A stretch of 64,000 bases of DNA from Octopus vulgaris (GCA_951406725.2 OX597823.1:34100001-34164000); one strand, 5' to 3'. Shown: positions 24,838 through 38,146, numbered from the stretch's first letter. A program made the numbers and translations. Notes: a model not told the origin generated them from the letters alone.

Positions 24838-27275
24838 CCTCTTGCAGACTACCTCGTTGGCGAATGACGGGGACCTTCTCTTTGTGGTTGGTGACTTCAA
24901 TGGACATGTTGGACAACATACAGGGGGCTTCCATGGCGTACATGGAGGCTACGATTATGGTGCCCGCAACGAGGAGGGAACCAGGCTGCTGGAGTTCTGC
25001 AATGCAAATGATCTTATGGTTTGCAATACTAACTTCAGGAAACCTGCTAGTCACCTAGTCACCTACTGATCTGGCAGACACACTAGCCAAATTGACTACA
25101 TCCTCGCCAGAAAAAGGGAAAGATGGCTGCTTCTAAATGCCAAAACCTTCCCAGGCGAAGAATGTACCCCACAACATAGACTAGTAGTTAGTAACTTTAG
25201 GATCAGGGCTAAGTGGATGCCCAGAAGATGACCAGCATGGAGGAGAAGGGTCTGGAAGCTCAAAGATCCTGCAAATGGACAGAGATATAGAGACATATTA
25301 CTCAAATCCTTTGACAAAATAGGAGATATAGCTTCACACGGTGTAGAAGACAACTGGAGGTTTCTACGGGACAACCAGCTGAGAGCCACTGACCAGATCT
25401 GTGGATGGTGCAATGTCCCCTCTCGACCCAAAATAACGTCGTGGTGGAACAATGTTGTAGACAGGGCTATTAGAGAAAAGAAACAGGCTTGGAAGGACTG
25501 AAAGAACAGTGGTAGCAGAGAACTGTATCAGACTGCCAGAAGGGAAGCTAGGAGGCAGGTTTATTTAGCCAGAGGGGAAACAGATAAGAAAATATTTGCC
25601 AATGTTCTGTGCCATGAGGACCAAAGACTTGAGGTATTTCATGTTGAAAGACAGTGTGTGAGAGAGAATCGTGATGTAGGAGAGAAATGTGTTCGCATGG
25701 ATGATAGTTCTCTTGCACTAAATGAGGCTACAAAGAGAGATACTTAGAGACATCACTATGAAAGGTTGCTGAATAAAGAAACTGAATGGGAGAAAGAGAG
25801 TCTGCTGAATGTCAACCCAACAGAGGGACCAGCTATCTGAGTTGACAGTACCTTGGTAGATAAAGCAATTAAGAGTATGAAGACAGGGAAAGCCCCCGGC
25901 CCATCAGGAATTACTGCAGAGATGCTCAAAATATCTGGCAGTTTCAGCTATAGCCTAGTCACCCGTATAGTTAACCAGGTAATTCATGAAGGAGTTATAC
26001 CCAATGACTGGTGTAGCAGCATAATAGTCAACTGCTACATAGGTAAAGGTAACGTTTTTGATACAAATAATTACAGAGGTAACAAGTTGTTGGATCAGGT
26101 AATGAAGGTCACAGAGAGGGTCATAGCCCAACTAATTAGGGAGAGAGTCAGTTTAGATGAGATCCAGTTTGGGTTCATGCCAGGGAAAAGCACCACTGAT
26201 GCTATATTTCTGGTAAGACAGCTGCAGGAGAAATACCTAGCCAAGGATAAACCTCTGTACTTGGCTTTAGTTGACATAGAGAAAGCCTTTGACAGGGTCC
26301 CCCGATCCCTTATCTGGTGATCAATGAGGAAACTAGGGATAGATGAATGCTTAGTGAGAGCTGTGCAAGCCATGTACAGGGATGCTGTAAGTAAGGTGAG
26401 GGTTGGCAACGAGTACACTAAAGAATTCAAAGTAGAGGTAGGGGTCCACCAAGGTTCAGTCCTCAGCCCCCTCCTATTTATCATAGTCCTCCAGGCAATA
26501 ACGGAGGAATTCAAGACAGGATGCCCCTGGGAGCTCATATATGCTGATGACCTTGCTCTAATTGCTGAGTCACTATCAGAACTAGAGGCAAAGTTTCAAG
26601 TGTGGAGACAAGGATTAGAATCAAAGTGCCTTAAAATCAACCTAGCTAAAACCAAAGTCTTAATATGTAGGAAGGCAGGCAAATCACAAACGCCTTCAGG
26701 TAGATGGCCCTGCTCGATCTGTAGAAAAGGCGTAGGTAGAAACTCTATAAGATGCACCCAGTGTAAGCTATGGACACATAAGAGGTGCAGCAGTATCAAA
26801 GGAAGATTAACTGGGAAGATAGCTTTTGTATGTGGCAGATGCTCAGGAGCAATAAACATTGAAAATGTGCAGAGAACACATTCCAGGGAGAAAAACTAGA
26901 AGTAGTTGATAGCTTCCATTACCTAGGTGACCAATTCAGTAGCAGGGGAGGATGTGCTGAAAGTGTAGCTGCTAGAATAAGAATAGCCTGGGCAAAGTTC
27001 AGAGAGCTCTTACCTCAGCTGGTGACAAAGGGCTTCTCGCTCAGAGTAAAAGGTAGACTGTATGATGCATGTGTATGAACAGCCATGCTACATAGCAATG
27101 AAACATGGGTTGTGACTGCTGAGAACATGTGTAAGCTCGCAAGGATTGAAGCCAGTATGATCCGATGGATGTGAAATGTCTGTGTGACCAAGTTAGTAGT
27201 GGGGGTGGATGCTCAGAGAGTGTCACCACTAGAATATGAATAGCCTGGGCAAAGTTTAGAAAGCTTCTGCCCCTA
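24838..27275 (+). mobile_element. 5'-truncated, inactivated RTE LINE (APE endonuclease end, RT, PHD) in the last PDE8 intron
   Basis: GDFNGHVG, QIDY, FGFMPGKSTTDAIF, QGSVLSP, YADD, C4HC3; several in-frame stops; closely similar to 61117-63140. Confidence 0.95.
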
Positions 27276-27620
27276 GAATCTGATCTGACAGTGTTTCCTT
27301 CCTAATGCCAACCACTCAAAGAGTGTAGTAGGTGCTTTTTACGTGCCACTGGCACAGGGGCCAGGGGAGCTGGCATCAACCACGACCAGATGGTGCTTTT
27401 TACATGCCACTGGCATGGAAGCCAGTCAAAGCTTTTTATGTGCTACCAGCACAGGGCTTACAACTACAATTTCCATTTGATTTGATTTTGATATTGCTGA
27501 TGTTGATGTACTTGACTCAATAGGTCTCCTCAAGCATGGCATGTCACCCTATGATCCAAGGTACTTTTGAGTGGGCTGGTTATGCGACACTGGTGTAGGT
27601 TACAGCTGTAGACTCACTCA
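27276..27620 (-). mobile_element. RTE 3' UTR copy (3 units), tail deleted
   Basis: ttcctaatgccaaccactc..ggtgctttttacgtgccac repeats. Confidence 0.8.
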
Positions 27621-27702
27621 CTCATAGCGATTCCCTTTTCCCCTAGCATTCCCTTGTCCCCTACATATATTTTGGCTAATTATTATTTGGTTTTACTTTC
27701 AG

Positions 27703-27854
27703 AAATCTGTGATATTCCCGAACTAATGGAGTTCCTCAAGATTAATTATCAATACTGGAAGAAGGAAGATGTACAAGAATCAGCAGAATTACCAGAAATC
27801 GAAGAAGAGATTTCCCAAAGTGAAGACACAAAGGAAGATTCCAAAGATAGTTAG
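27703..27854 (+). CDS. PDE8: PDE8-family phosphodiesterase, terminal coding exon with acidic tail and TAG stop
   Basis: ctttcag acceptor in the phase required by the previous exon; EICDIPELMEFLKINYQYWKKEDVQESAELPEIEEEISQSEDTKEDSKDS*. Confidence 0.9.
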
Positions 27855-28339
27855 GGGTCATTTTAGAAACTAAGTGATATATGTTTAAGAAGTGTTTGAT
27901 TGTGTTTTCATATTAGTGGACATTAATGGCCACCTTAAATCCAAGAAGAACAAGAGAAATGAATGGACAAAAGATAAACCGTTGTTAACAGAAGTTGACC
28001 ATGTCATCCCAAAGAAAAGAAAATATGGAAAATAATAATATTAATAATAACAAAGATAATAATGATGATGATAATTAAAAAACCAACAAATATTGTTCTA
28101 TTTTTATAAACAGCTTCCGACTCTATCATTTCATGTTTCTTTTATTCTTCCTTTCATTCATAAAAGGAAACAATAATTTGGAAGAACAACAACAACAATA
28201 ACAATAACAACAACACAAGGAATATTCTTGATGAAACTGCTGTTCAAGAAAATAAATACAAAAGAGAACAACAAAAGAAATAATAAAAAAATAAAATACA
28301 AAAACTGCTATTTTTGTGTGCATGTATGTGTGTATCAGT

Positions 28340-28392
<53 letters not shown>

Positions 28393-28916
28393 GACAGTGA
28401 GCTGGTGTTTAGTGAGAGATAATTAGGATAATCTACAAACCCCCTGGATTATAGAGACTTTGAAACTGAGACCCCCTACACCCATTGACCCTACCCCCAA
28501 TTGTATCCTTTCCACCAGTTAACACACACCATTATATATAACAACCATTTAAAAAAAAAAACAAAAGACAACAAACACATATATTTAAAAATAACACAAA
28601 TAATAATTATGAAAATAAAAACATTAAATAATGAAAAAAAACATTTTTAATGGAATAAACATTAGAATATATATATTTATGAAAGAAACAATGACAGGAT
28701 TCTGGAGGCGTTGGTCAGTTGTTAAAGGAGAGGTGTGCGATATAAAGAGACAATATATCACAACAACAACATGATAATGATGATGATGATGATAATAATA
28801 ATAATAATAATAATAATAATATAGTAATAATAACAAGCAAAACCAACAACAATAACTGCAGCAATAGCTAAAATATGATTTGATTTGTTTTTATTTTTCT
28901 TTCTTTGCATGTGTGT

Positions 28917-28971
<55 letters not shown>

Positions 28972-29076
28972 CATATGATATGAAATTTGTGTTGTTTGGA
29001 ACTGCAAGTTTTGTTTCATAGTTCAGCCTCTTTAAATGAAACTTGCATTCCCAACCAACAGAAATTTTATAATGAA

Positions 29077-29157
29077 TTTGACTCGACTTTCAGTACTGAG
29101 TCATTTGACTCAACTCTCGGTATTGAGTCATTTTACTCAACTCTCAGTATTGAGTCA
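29077..29157. repeat. 3 x 27-bp tandem hairpin repeat containing AP-1 consensus sites
   Basis: tttgactcaactctcggtattgagtca-like unit; four exact TGA(C/G)TCA. Confidence 0.85.
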
Positions 29158-29365
29158 TTTTGTCAGTAAATGTTTCCTTGTTATAACAACCTTAATTTAA
29201 CATGTATACATGTATACATATGTGTGTATATATCTATAGATGTGTGTATGTGTGTGTGTGTGTGTGTGTGCACACACTTATATATAATAGTTTTATTTTG
29301 GTCAAGTTAGGCACTCCGTCACTTGTTATTCTGCATTTTGCCTGCATGTGCCCAGGCTCTTGTAA

Positions 29366-29411
29366 TTGTCTGAAGACCCTGAGCACCCACAGGTGAATCT
29401 CAGAGTAGCAA
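29366..29411 (+). ncRNA. Type-I hammerhead-ribozyme-like motif, one core mutation
   Basis: TTGT-CTGAAGA-CCCTG..CAGGT-GAATCTCAGAGTA-GCAA; GAAT replaces GAAA. Confidence 0.55.
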
Positions 29412-29575
29412 GGGACTGACTTGACCATTATGAGACCAAAATAAAAATATTATTAGCCTCTATTATGGTAACGAATGCTCTTTCTTACCACACTCAACCC
29501 TAAATGAATTTTATATATATATATATATGCATGCGTGTGTGTGTGTGTTTGTGTGTGTTAGAAAGTTAAAAGTTA

Positions 29576-29692
29576 TGGCCAGTTATAGAGTGACCATTGG
29601 TTATGCACCTTCAGCCATTTGAGTCTGATGGGTTGCCTATACTGCTAAGCACTTCATAACTGCAAAACCAATGGTCACTCTATAACTTGCCA
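29576..29692. mobile_element. Small MITE with 32-bp TIRs
   Basis: tggccagttatagagtgaccattggttatgca / tgcaaaaccaatggtcactctataacttgcca. Confidence 0.75.
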
Positions 29693-29774
29693 ATATATAT
29701 AGATTACTGTTCTGGTGCTTTGGAGCATGCGTCTTTTTCAGATATATGAACTCCTGATGAGATATATATACATG

Positions 29775-29845
<71 letters not shown>

Positions 29846-29984
29846 ATATATATATATATATAATGTGTGTATGTATATATATATATAATGTGTGTGTATG
29901 TATATATATATATAATATAATGTATGTATATATATATATATATATATATACATACATATGTATGTATGTATGTATATGTATATA

Positions 29985-30604
29985 TGAGGGGACATATATT
30001 ATTGTTATTGTCACACTGCCTTCTGCTCCTGTGTGCTTATAATTGGTACTGTTGTGGTAATGTGATCGAAATTTGAGCCTGATGGTGCCATTTTTCTTTC
30101 TGGCTTTACAGTGTAAGCATGGCTGCTCCACTAGCAATGTACACCAAAGAACAAAGACCAGTGATCTGATTCCTCTGGTCAGAAGGTATTTTAGTTGCTG
30201 AAATTCATCGGAAAATTTTAGCATGATACAAGGACAGTGATCTACGGCATAGAAGTGTGTATGAGTGGATCGAGAAGTCTAAAAGTGGCTGGACAGGCAT
30301 GATGCATGAAGGGGGAGCAGGACGCACGTCAACCTCCACCACTTAACAGAAGATTCAGTAAGCTCGAGAGAACTGATTTACCCTTTCCATCTCTCGGATC
30401 ACTGATCTTTGTTCTTCTTTGGTACACATTGCTAGTGGAGCAGCCATTCTTACACTATAAAGCTAGAAAGAAAAATAGCGCAAGCTCAAACTTTGATTAT
30501 GTGACCCAGTGGTGCCAACTAGAAGCACACCTGCACAGAAGGCAGAGTGACTATTCTAAAGATATGTTAAGGTGATAGTGCAGGTAGTTTTAGACTTCCC
30601 CTCA
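29985..30604. mobile_element. Mariner-derived foldback MITE built from two 5' ends
   Basis: ATG 30119: [37 protein letters not shown] (mariner HTH N-terminus); 30395-30560 is the inverted copy; ends tgagggg/cccctca. Confidence 0.85.
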
Positions 30605-31212
30605 TGTATATGGTGTGTGTGTGTGTGTCTATACATATATATAATGAAGCTGTATCTGTTTGACAATTGACTTGATCTGAGACTGTGTGTTGAAATTGTA
30701 GCACTCACATTGTGCAAAAGTCATTTAAACCATTTAACAAAACACAGGAACTGTTACATCCAAACTTATTCATGTGAAGGGTTAAAAATAAGTTTGTTAC
30801 ATTATAGCAACTTGGTGATTGATGTAATTATCCTGCATCCATTGAAAATCAGTTACAAGTTAGATTTTCTAAGCCTCATATTCTTTTGATCTAGAAGATT
30901 ACTCTGTTGTTTTTGTTTGCATTTTTCACATATAACCCTTTACTCACTTTTGGATTCAATTCCTTTGTTTTCTCTCTCTATCTACACCATATTTCTATCA
31001 AATTCATGATCTTTACTCTCTTTTATTTAACGTTTTGTTACCATATTTTCTGTTGGAATACACTGCCTTTGTTTGAAAATAGCGAAGAATTTAGTTAAGT
31101 AACTTTGTCCTTGTAAAGTTGGTGTTTGGAACAAGTCTGCCATAGACTGGCATCTCATTTAGAGATATTGTTGGATCTCACTCACTTAAAACATCAGAGA
31201 AACAAAACACTA

Positions 31213-31251
<39 letters not shown>

Positions 31252-31284
31252 ATTATTATTATTATTATCATTATTATATAGTCT

Positions 31285-31600
31285 TGGCACAGGCATAGCT
31301 GTGTGGTAAGAAGCTTGCTTACCAACCACATGATTCCAGGTTCAACCCACTGCATGGCAGCTTGGCAAGTGTCTTCTACTATAGCCTCAGGCCGACCAAA
31401 GCCTTGTGAGTGGATTTGGTAGACAGAAACTGAAAGAAGCCCATCATATATATATTTATGTATGCATGTCTTAGTGTCTGTGTTTGTCCCCCCACCCCAA
31501 CCATCACTTGATAACCGATGCTGGTGTGTCTATGTCACTATAACTTAGCAGTCCAGCAAAAGAGACTGATCGAATAAGTACTAGGCTTATAAAGAATAAG
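31285..31600 (+). mobile_element. SINE family A
   Basis: ggcacaggcatagctgtgtggtaagaagcttgc.. Confidence 0.85.
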
Positions 31601-32198
31601 AGAGAATTAATGTGTGAATATCAAAAGTATATTGATATTCACACATTAAAAACATCATCAAACGTTATTATTACATTGCAGTAAATCCAAGTGGAACCAA
31701 CTTGCTTGAATAAACTGAATTGCTTAAAACGATATTTTAGAGAACCATATTTAGTATAAAAATCAAAGGCTTATTTTAGAGTTATGCCCCTTGACACCAT
31801 CTCTAGTGGGTGTTGTGAGGTGACAAGTTTTCTGGGAAAAAGTCTATGGGAAATGTGTGTAAGTTTTAAGATTGATTTTTCTTGTAGAATTGGAATGAGT
31901 GTATTGTTTTTGGACGGGGAAGGGGAGGGGTAGGTGCCCAAAAGCCACATAAGCATATGTGTGTTCGTTTGTGTAATTTTGATTCAAACTTTGATTAAAT
32001 TCTTTGAGGTATTTATGTATACATGGGAGGAGTGTAGGGTTACTTTATGTGTGTGGGCTTATATTGGGGGTGGAAAAGGGTCTATTGGGTGGATGTCTAT
32101 CATGTTAGGGTGTCTATGTGAGCATCTGTGTATATTCTGGTGGGAGGTCCAAAGCTGAGGAACTGACAGCTATAGTCACAATGGAGCACATAGGTATA

Positions 32199-32555
32199 AT
32201 AATAATAATGAAATTATTGTATACAGTGCTCAGGTGCACCACAACTTGTCAGAAAGTGTGTATAAAGTACATGCAGTAATGTACAAATGTCTGGAAAGTG
32301 AACAATGTATGAGTCAGATACATGCTTGTGTGTGTATGGAGGGGAGAAAATCAGGTGTAGTGTTGGCGAATCTCAGAAAGCATGGAAGTTTTGAAGGATG
32401 CAGTGCTCCGACAACTAACAACTGACGCCGGCAGTTTGTTCCATGCTTCAGCAACTCTCAGCGTGAAAAAATGTTACCTAAATTCATGGGAGGCTGTGCT
32501 GTTTTCTGACTTTGTAAATATGTCCACGGGTGTTAGACAGGTGGAGTTTGAACAG
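32199..32555 (-). mobile_element. CR1 LINE 3' end
   Basis: minus strand SNTRGHIYKVRKQ..FFTLRVAEAWNKLPASVVSCRSTASFKTSM; (ATT)n tail. Confidence 0.85.
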
Positions 32556-32999
32556 AATATACCTCCTTTCATGTGGGCAAAGATTAAAAATTGATTTGTT
32601 TTTATATTTCTTTCTTTGCTTGCATGTGTGTGTGTGTGTGTGTGTGTGTGATTTTATTTGGGTCCTATCACTACTTCACAACCAGTGTTGGCTTATTTGA
32701 CACCCCCATAACTTAGCAGTTTGACAAAGGATATTGATAGAATACATACCGGGCTTCAAGTTAAGAGCTGGTGGTGGGGGGCCGTTTGTTCAGTTCAGCC
32801 CTTCAGATGGTTCCACAGCAAGGTCACAGCCGAGTGAGTAAAACAAGTGACAGATAAAAGAAAAGAAGGCAGCAGACAAAGTCTGCAGACATTTCAAACC
32901 ATCACCGTGAAGAAAACAATCCAAAATCCAATTAGCAAGTATTGTAAACAACAACAAAAATGCAAATGAATTAAATAGATGAATAAATATATTCCCTGA

Positions 33000-33350
33000 T
33001 CAGTCCTACTGCATGGCACCTTGGGCTATAGTCTTCTACTATAGCCTCAAGCTGACCAAATCCTTGTGAGTGGATTTGATAAACAGAAACTGAAGAAGCC
33101 CTTTGTATATATATATATGTATATATATATACATATGTGTGTGTGTGTCTTTGTGTATGTGTTTGTTCACCCCACCACCACTTGACAACCAATGCTGGTT
33201 TGTTTACAACCCCCATAACTTAGTGGTTTGGCAGAAGAGACTGATGGAATAAGTACTAGGCTTACAAAGAATAAGTCGTGGAGACAGTTTGTTCAACTAA
33301 AGGCAGTGTTCCAGCATGGCCACAGTCAAATGACTAAGACAAGTAAAAGA
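33000..33350 (+). mobile_element. SINE family A, 5'-truncated
   Basis: gcatggcaccttggg..gtcttctactatagcctc..ccagcatggccacagtcaaatgact. Confidence 0.8.
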
Positions 33351-33719
33351 ATGAGAGAAAAGAATGAATGTACAATATTGATAGCAAGAGAGAAAAGGAG
33401 TTGCATGTGATTGTGTCAACAGACTCTTAGGTTAGAAACTAAAGCCATGACAATACTATTGACCAACTGGTTTGGAGTGTGGAGATGAACAGGGAGGAGA
33501 TGTTGTTAGTCGTTGATGCTTATGAAAACTTGCCAATAACTGAATTTCAACAATGAAATATTGTGTCAATGACCAAGTTACAGAATGTACTACGGAGATA
33601 TTTGGCCCTTCATTGGGAAGGAATGAGAGGAAATAACACATGGTGTTTTTTTTTTTAAATGCTTAAAATAACAATTCTACAATGTAATTGTCAAACATAC
33701 ACCCACACACACGCATATG

Positions 33720-34290
<571 letters not shown>

Positions 34291-34748
34291 TGCATGCATG
34301 TCTGTCTGTATGAGACATAAAACTAAAAGAAAGAGCCAGACTAATGTCTACATCTTCAATTAAAATCTCCACGTATTTGTTGTTCTGTGATGTTCTCCTG
34401 TAGAAGCAGACTTTTTATTTGATCAGTTTCTTAGTTTACTGCTTGATGGACATATTAGAAAGTTATTATTTCTATGGAAAAAAAAAAAGAAAAGAAAAAC
34501 AAACTACATCACTTATTTCTCATTGTTTCTTCAATTTATGTTATTGTTTTGCCTGTTTTGTTTGTTTGTTTTCTTTTTTTAGGTTTTGTTTTGAGATGTG
34601 TTTTGAACACATTTGCCATTTTTTTCCAGCCTGTTTTTTTTTTCCTGTTTTTTTTCCAGCTTTTTTTTCCCCCTTTTTTTTTTTTTGGCTGTTTTTTCCA
34701 GCCTGCAATATTGCAATTTTTACAATGAAACAAGATGTGTGTGTGTGC

Positions 34749-34821
<73 letters not shown>

Positions 34822-35084
34822 CATGTGTGTGTGTGTCTAGTGCAAGTGCAGGAGGGGTGAATACATTGTGAAATTATTTATTGTGACATCTTTACATGTG
34901 TTTCAGTGACAGTTACATCCATGAATATCTGAAATTTTATTTTGCTTAATCTGTACAAATCAGCTTCAATATCAGAGGTCAATATATATATATATCCATC
35001 TCTCTCTTTCTCTCTCTCTATATATATATATGTGTGTGTGTGTGTGTTTGTGTGCGTAAATATATAGAAATATATGAAAACGAT

Positions 35085-35392
35085 AAACGTCGTCCTTTCC
35101 AAGCCTAGCCAGGCTCATGGGCCCGGTTTCCTGGTTTCTGTGGCGTAAGTGTTTCCCCTAGCTGGACGGGATGCTAGTCCATCGCAGCGTTGCTCAAGAA
35201 ACATGAAGAGAGAGTGAGAGAAAGTTGTGGCGAAAGAGTATAACAGGGGTCGTCACCACCCCTTGGCAGCGCCTTGTGGAGCTTTTAGGTGTTTTTGTTC
35301 AACAAACACACACAACACCCAGTCCAGGAATTGAAACCACGATCCTCTGACCGTGAGTCCACTGCCCTAACCACTCGGTCATTGCACCTCCA
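35085..35392 (-). mobile_element. SINE family C
   Basis: reverse complement of ggaggtgcaatgaccgagtggttagggcagtggactcacgg..ggtttcaattcc. Confidence 0.8.
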
Positions 35393-35407
35393 TATATATA
35401 TATATAT

Positions 35408-35795
35408 AGGCAGAGAAGTGGCTGTGTGGTAAGTAGCTTGCTTACCAACCAACTTGGTTCCGGGTTGAATCCCACTACATGGCACCTTGGGCAAGTGTCT
35501 TCTACTATAAGCTTTGTGCTGACCAACGCGTTGTGAGTGGATTTGGTAGACGGAAACTGAAAGAAGCCCGCCTTGTATATATATGTGTGTGTGTGTATGT
35601 CTGTTTTGTTCCCCCCAACATCGCTTGACAACCGATGCTGGTGTGTTTATGTCCTCGTAACTTAGCGGTTCAGCAAAAGAGACAGATAGAATAAGTACTA
35701 GACTTACAAAGAATAAGTCATGGGGTTGATTTGGTCGACTAGAACTGGTGCTCCAGCATGGCTGCAGTCAAATGACTGAAACAAGTAAAAGAAAA
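35408..35795 (+). mobile_element. SINE family A, full length
   Basis: matches 7305-7770. Confidence 0.9.
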
Positions 35796-35877
35796 TATAT
35801 ATATTTAAATATATTTATATATATATGTATATGTATATGCACATATATCTATCTATCTATCTATTTATCTATGTATC

Positions 35878-35941
<64 letters not shown>

Positions 35942-36152
35942 CATACATACATATATATATATATTATATAGATAGATATAGATATATATATGTGTGTATA
36001 TATATATATATGAATATATATATGTATGTGTATATATATATATGTATATATATATATGTTTGTGTGTGTATATATATATATATATGAATTGTTTGCGTAA
36101 TGAGATTAAAAAACCAAGGCTGTATAGATATTAGAGCATTTATAGATAGAAG

Positions 36153-36204
36153 GTCTTACAGCTGTTTCTAGGATGTTAATTAATAATATCCCTTCATCGG
36201 AGAC
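36153..36204 (-). ncRNA. Type-I minimal hammerhead-ribozyme-like motif (Penelope type)
   Basis: minus strand GTCT-CCGATGA-A-GGGAT..ATCCT-A-GAAAC-AGCT-GTA-AGAC; palindromic stem III ACAGCTGT. Confidence 0.65.
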
Positions 36205-36933
36205 AGTGTGAGAGGAAAAATTAAGTCATAGTTAGTTTCGATGTGATACAAAAAGAGAGTGAGGTGGAGGAAAGAAAATAGATGTAAGATATGTATGGGT
36301 ATTGAGTTCGTAAATCAGAATATATATAAAATACAACAGAATAGCAGGAAGCAAGTTGTTGATATATCAGTTATTTCTTATCCTTTACAATCATTTCTAT
36401 GATTGATAATCAAGATCAGTGAATAATCACAAGTTATGATTTATAACCTTTAATATATATTCAAACAGTCGGATCTTGGATTGCAACTTGAGACAGGAAG
36501 TAGAAATACGAAGGGACATTGGCATGTAGTCTCTTTAGAAATATGCAAAAACCAGTGGGAATTAGGAGGATGAGATGGGATCAGTGGGAAAGCTACAAGT
36601 ACATGGGTAGTTAGCAACATAAATGACAGAAGGGGAAACATTTATAGAGATAGGGGCTATGAAAGGGGATTTGTTAAATGCAGACGGTTAACTCAGCCAG
36701 TACTCATACAAATACTGACTAACAGGATGCATAGAAGGAAACAATGCATCAATAGGAGAAAATATTGCACACAAACTGAAAATTCAATCTCAGAGTTAAG
36801 GATTATTGGTATGTGTGTATATATATATGCATATACACACACACACATATATATATACATATACACACATATATATTTGTGTATATATATATATATATAT
36901 ATATATGTGTATGTATGTATGTATGTATATATA

Positions 36934-36975
<42 letters not shown>

Positions 36976-37429
36976 CATATATATGAAATAAAGACTATTT
37001 GGGCACATAATGGGGCTGTTCTGGAAGGGACAGATGTTACTTTGTGCTGGATGGGGGGGCTGTACTCCCTGTTCAAAAATATAAGGACCCAGATATTGTG
37101 TCATGTAGCCAGCTGGAAACGATGTTTCCTGGGGCTAAACAACAGTAACACTCGTCCCTTCCAGGACAACCACATTATATTGGCAAATAGTCTGAATATC
37201 CCTCTTTGAAAGATTTAGAAATAATGTTTCTATTTATATATATTTATTTATGATTGTATACATGGTAAAATTCTCCAGCTTACCAGTTCCAGTTAAACTG
37301 TCTAACCCATGCCAGCTTGAAAAATGGATGCTAAATTAAAATTATGATGAATACATATATATATTTATATATATACACACCCTACTCAGTATATGGTGCA
37401 TGTGTAGATTTACATTAATGTATATTTGT

Positions 37430-37930
37430 TTCTTAAAGAGGATTCTAAGCATAAAGTGGTAGGATGAAATTCCAAAGTGACAGGGCTTCTTGGGAGATGT
37501 GCCAAGACTTCCAGTTTGCTTGTTAATCTCATGCAAATCTTGTTACATTGGAATGGACATTCTGTCAGAGTGACTGACTCTAAACTACCAAGATCATATC
37601 TTCTACTCTGAATTTATGAATGAAGAAAGCAGTGTTGGTGCACTGAACAAAAGAATTGAAAATTGTGCTGAAAGCAAACCGTCCTAAACTCATGGGAGGA
37701 TCTTGCTCAAGACAGATCTTTATGGAAGGAAGGAAGCACCCAGAGCCCAAAGACTTTTTGGTTGTTATAAATCTCTATAGCAGGGACCGAAACAGAGACT
37801 TACAAATAACACCATAGCAAATCTGGTGTAAGACATCAGTGAATGGTCTGCAAAAAATACACTTCCAACACAATGGGACTTCTTTACCACAGCAGACCCC
37901 TAAAAAGAAGCAACCCCCTTTGCTTTTCTT
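37430..37930 (+). mobile_element. Old RTE (BovB-like) 3' fragment
   Basis: LKRILSIKW*DEIP..LHWNGHSVRVTDSKLPR..FYSE. Confidence 0.6.
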
Positions 37931-38146
37931 CCTTTCATTGCAATATTTTTCATTGATTTACTCATTTCTATTATTATTGTGAAAGCATATGACCAAGTGG
38001 ATAGGATGTTTGGCTCATGGTCATAACATTGTGGGTTCAATTCTGTGATTGGCTGGTGCAGAATGTCCTTGAGCAAGGCACTTCATTTTATGTTGCTCCA
38101 GTCCATGCAGCTGTAAATGAGTACCAGCCTAGTGCCAATGCAGCTC

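Noticed and set aside
28250-28660. Several AATAAA hexamers after the PDE8 stop
   Set aside because: Too frequent in this A-rich sequence to identify the real polyadenylation site without transcript data
34540-34720. Repeated ttttttccag acceptor-like tracts and an F-rich ORF
   Set aside because: Low-complexity poly-T with no following exon or donor
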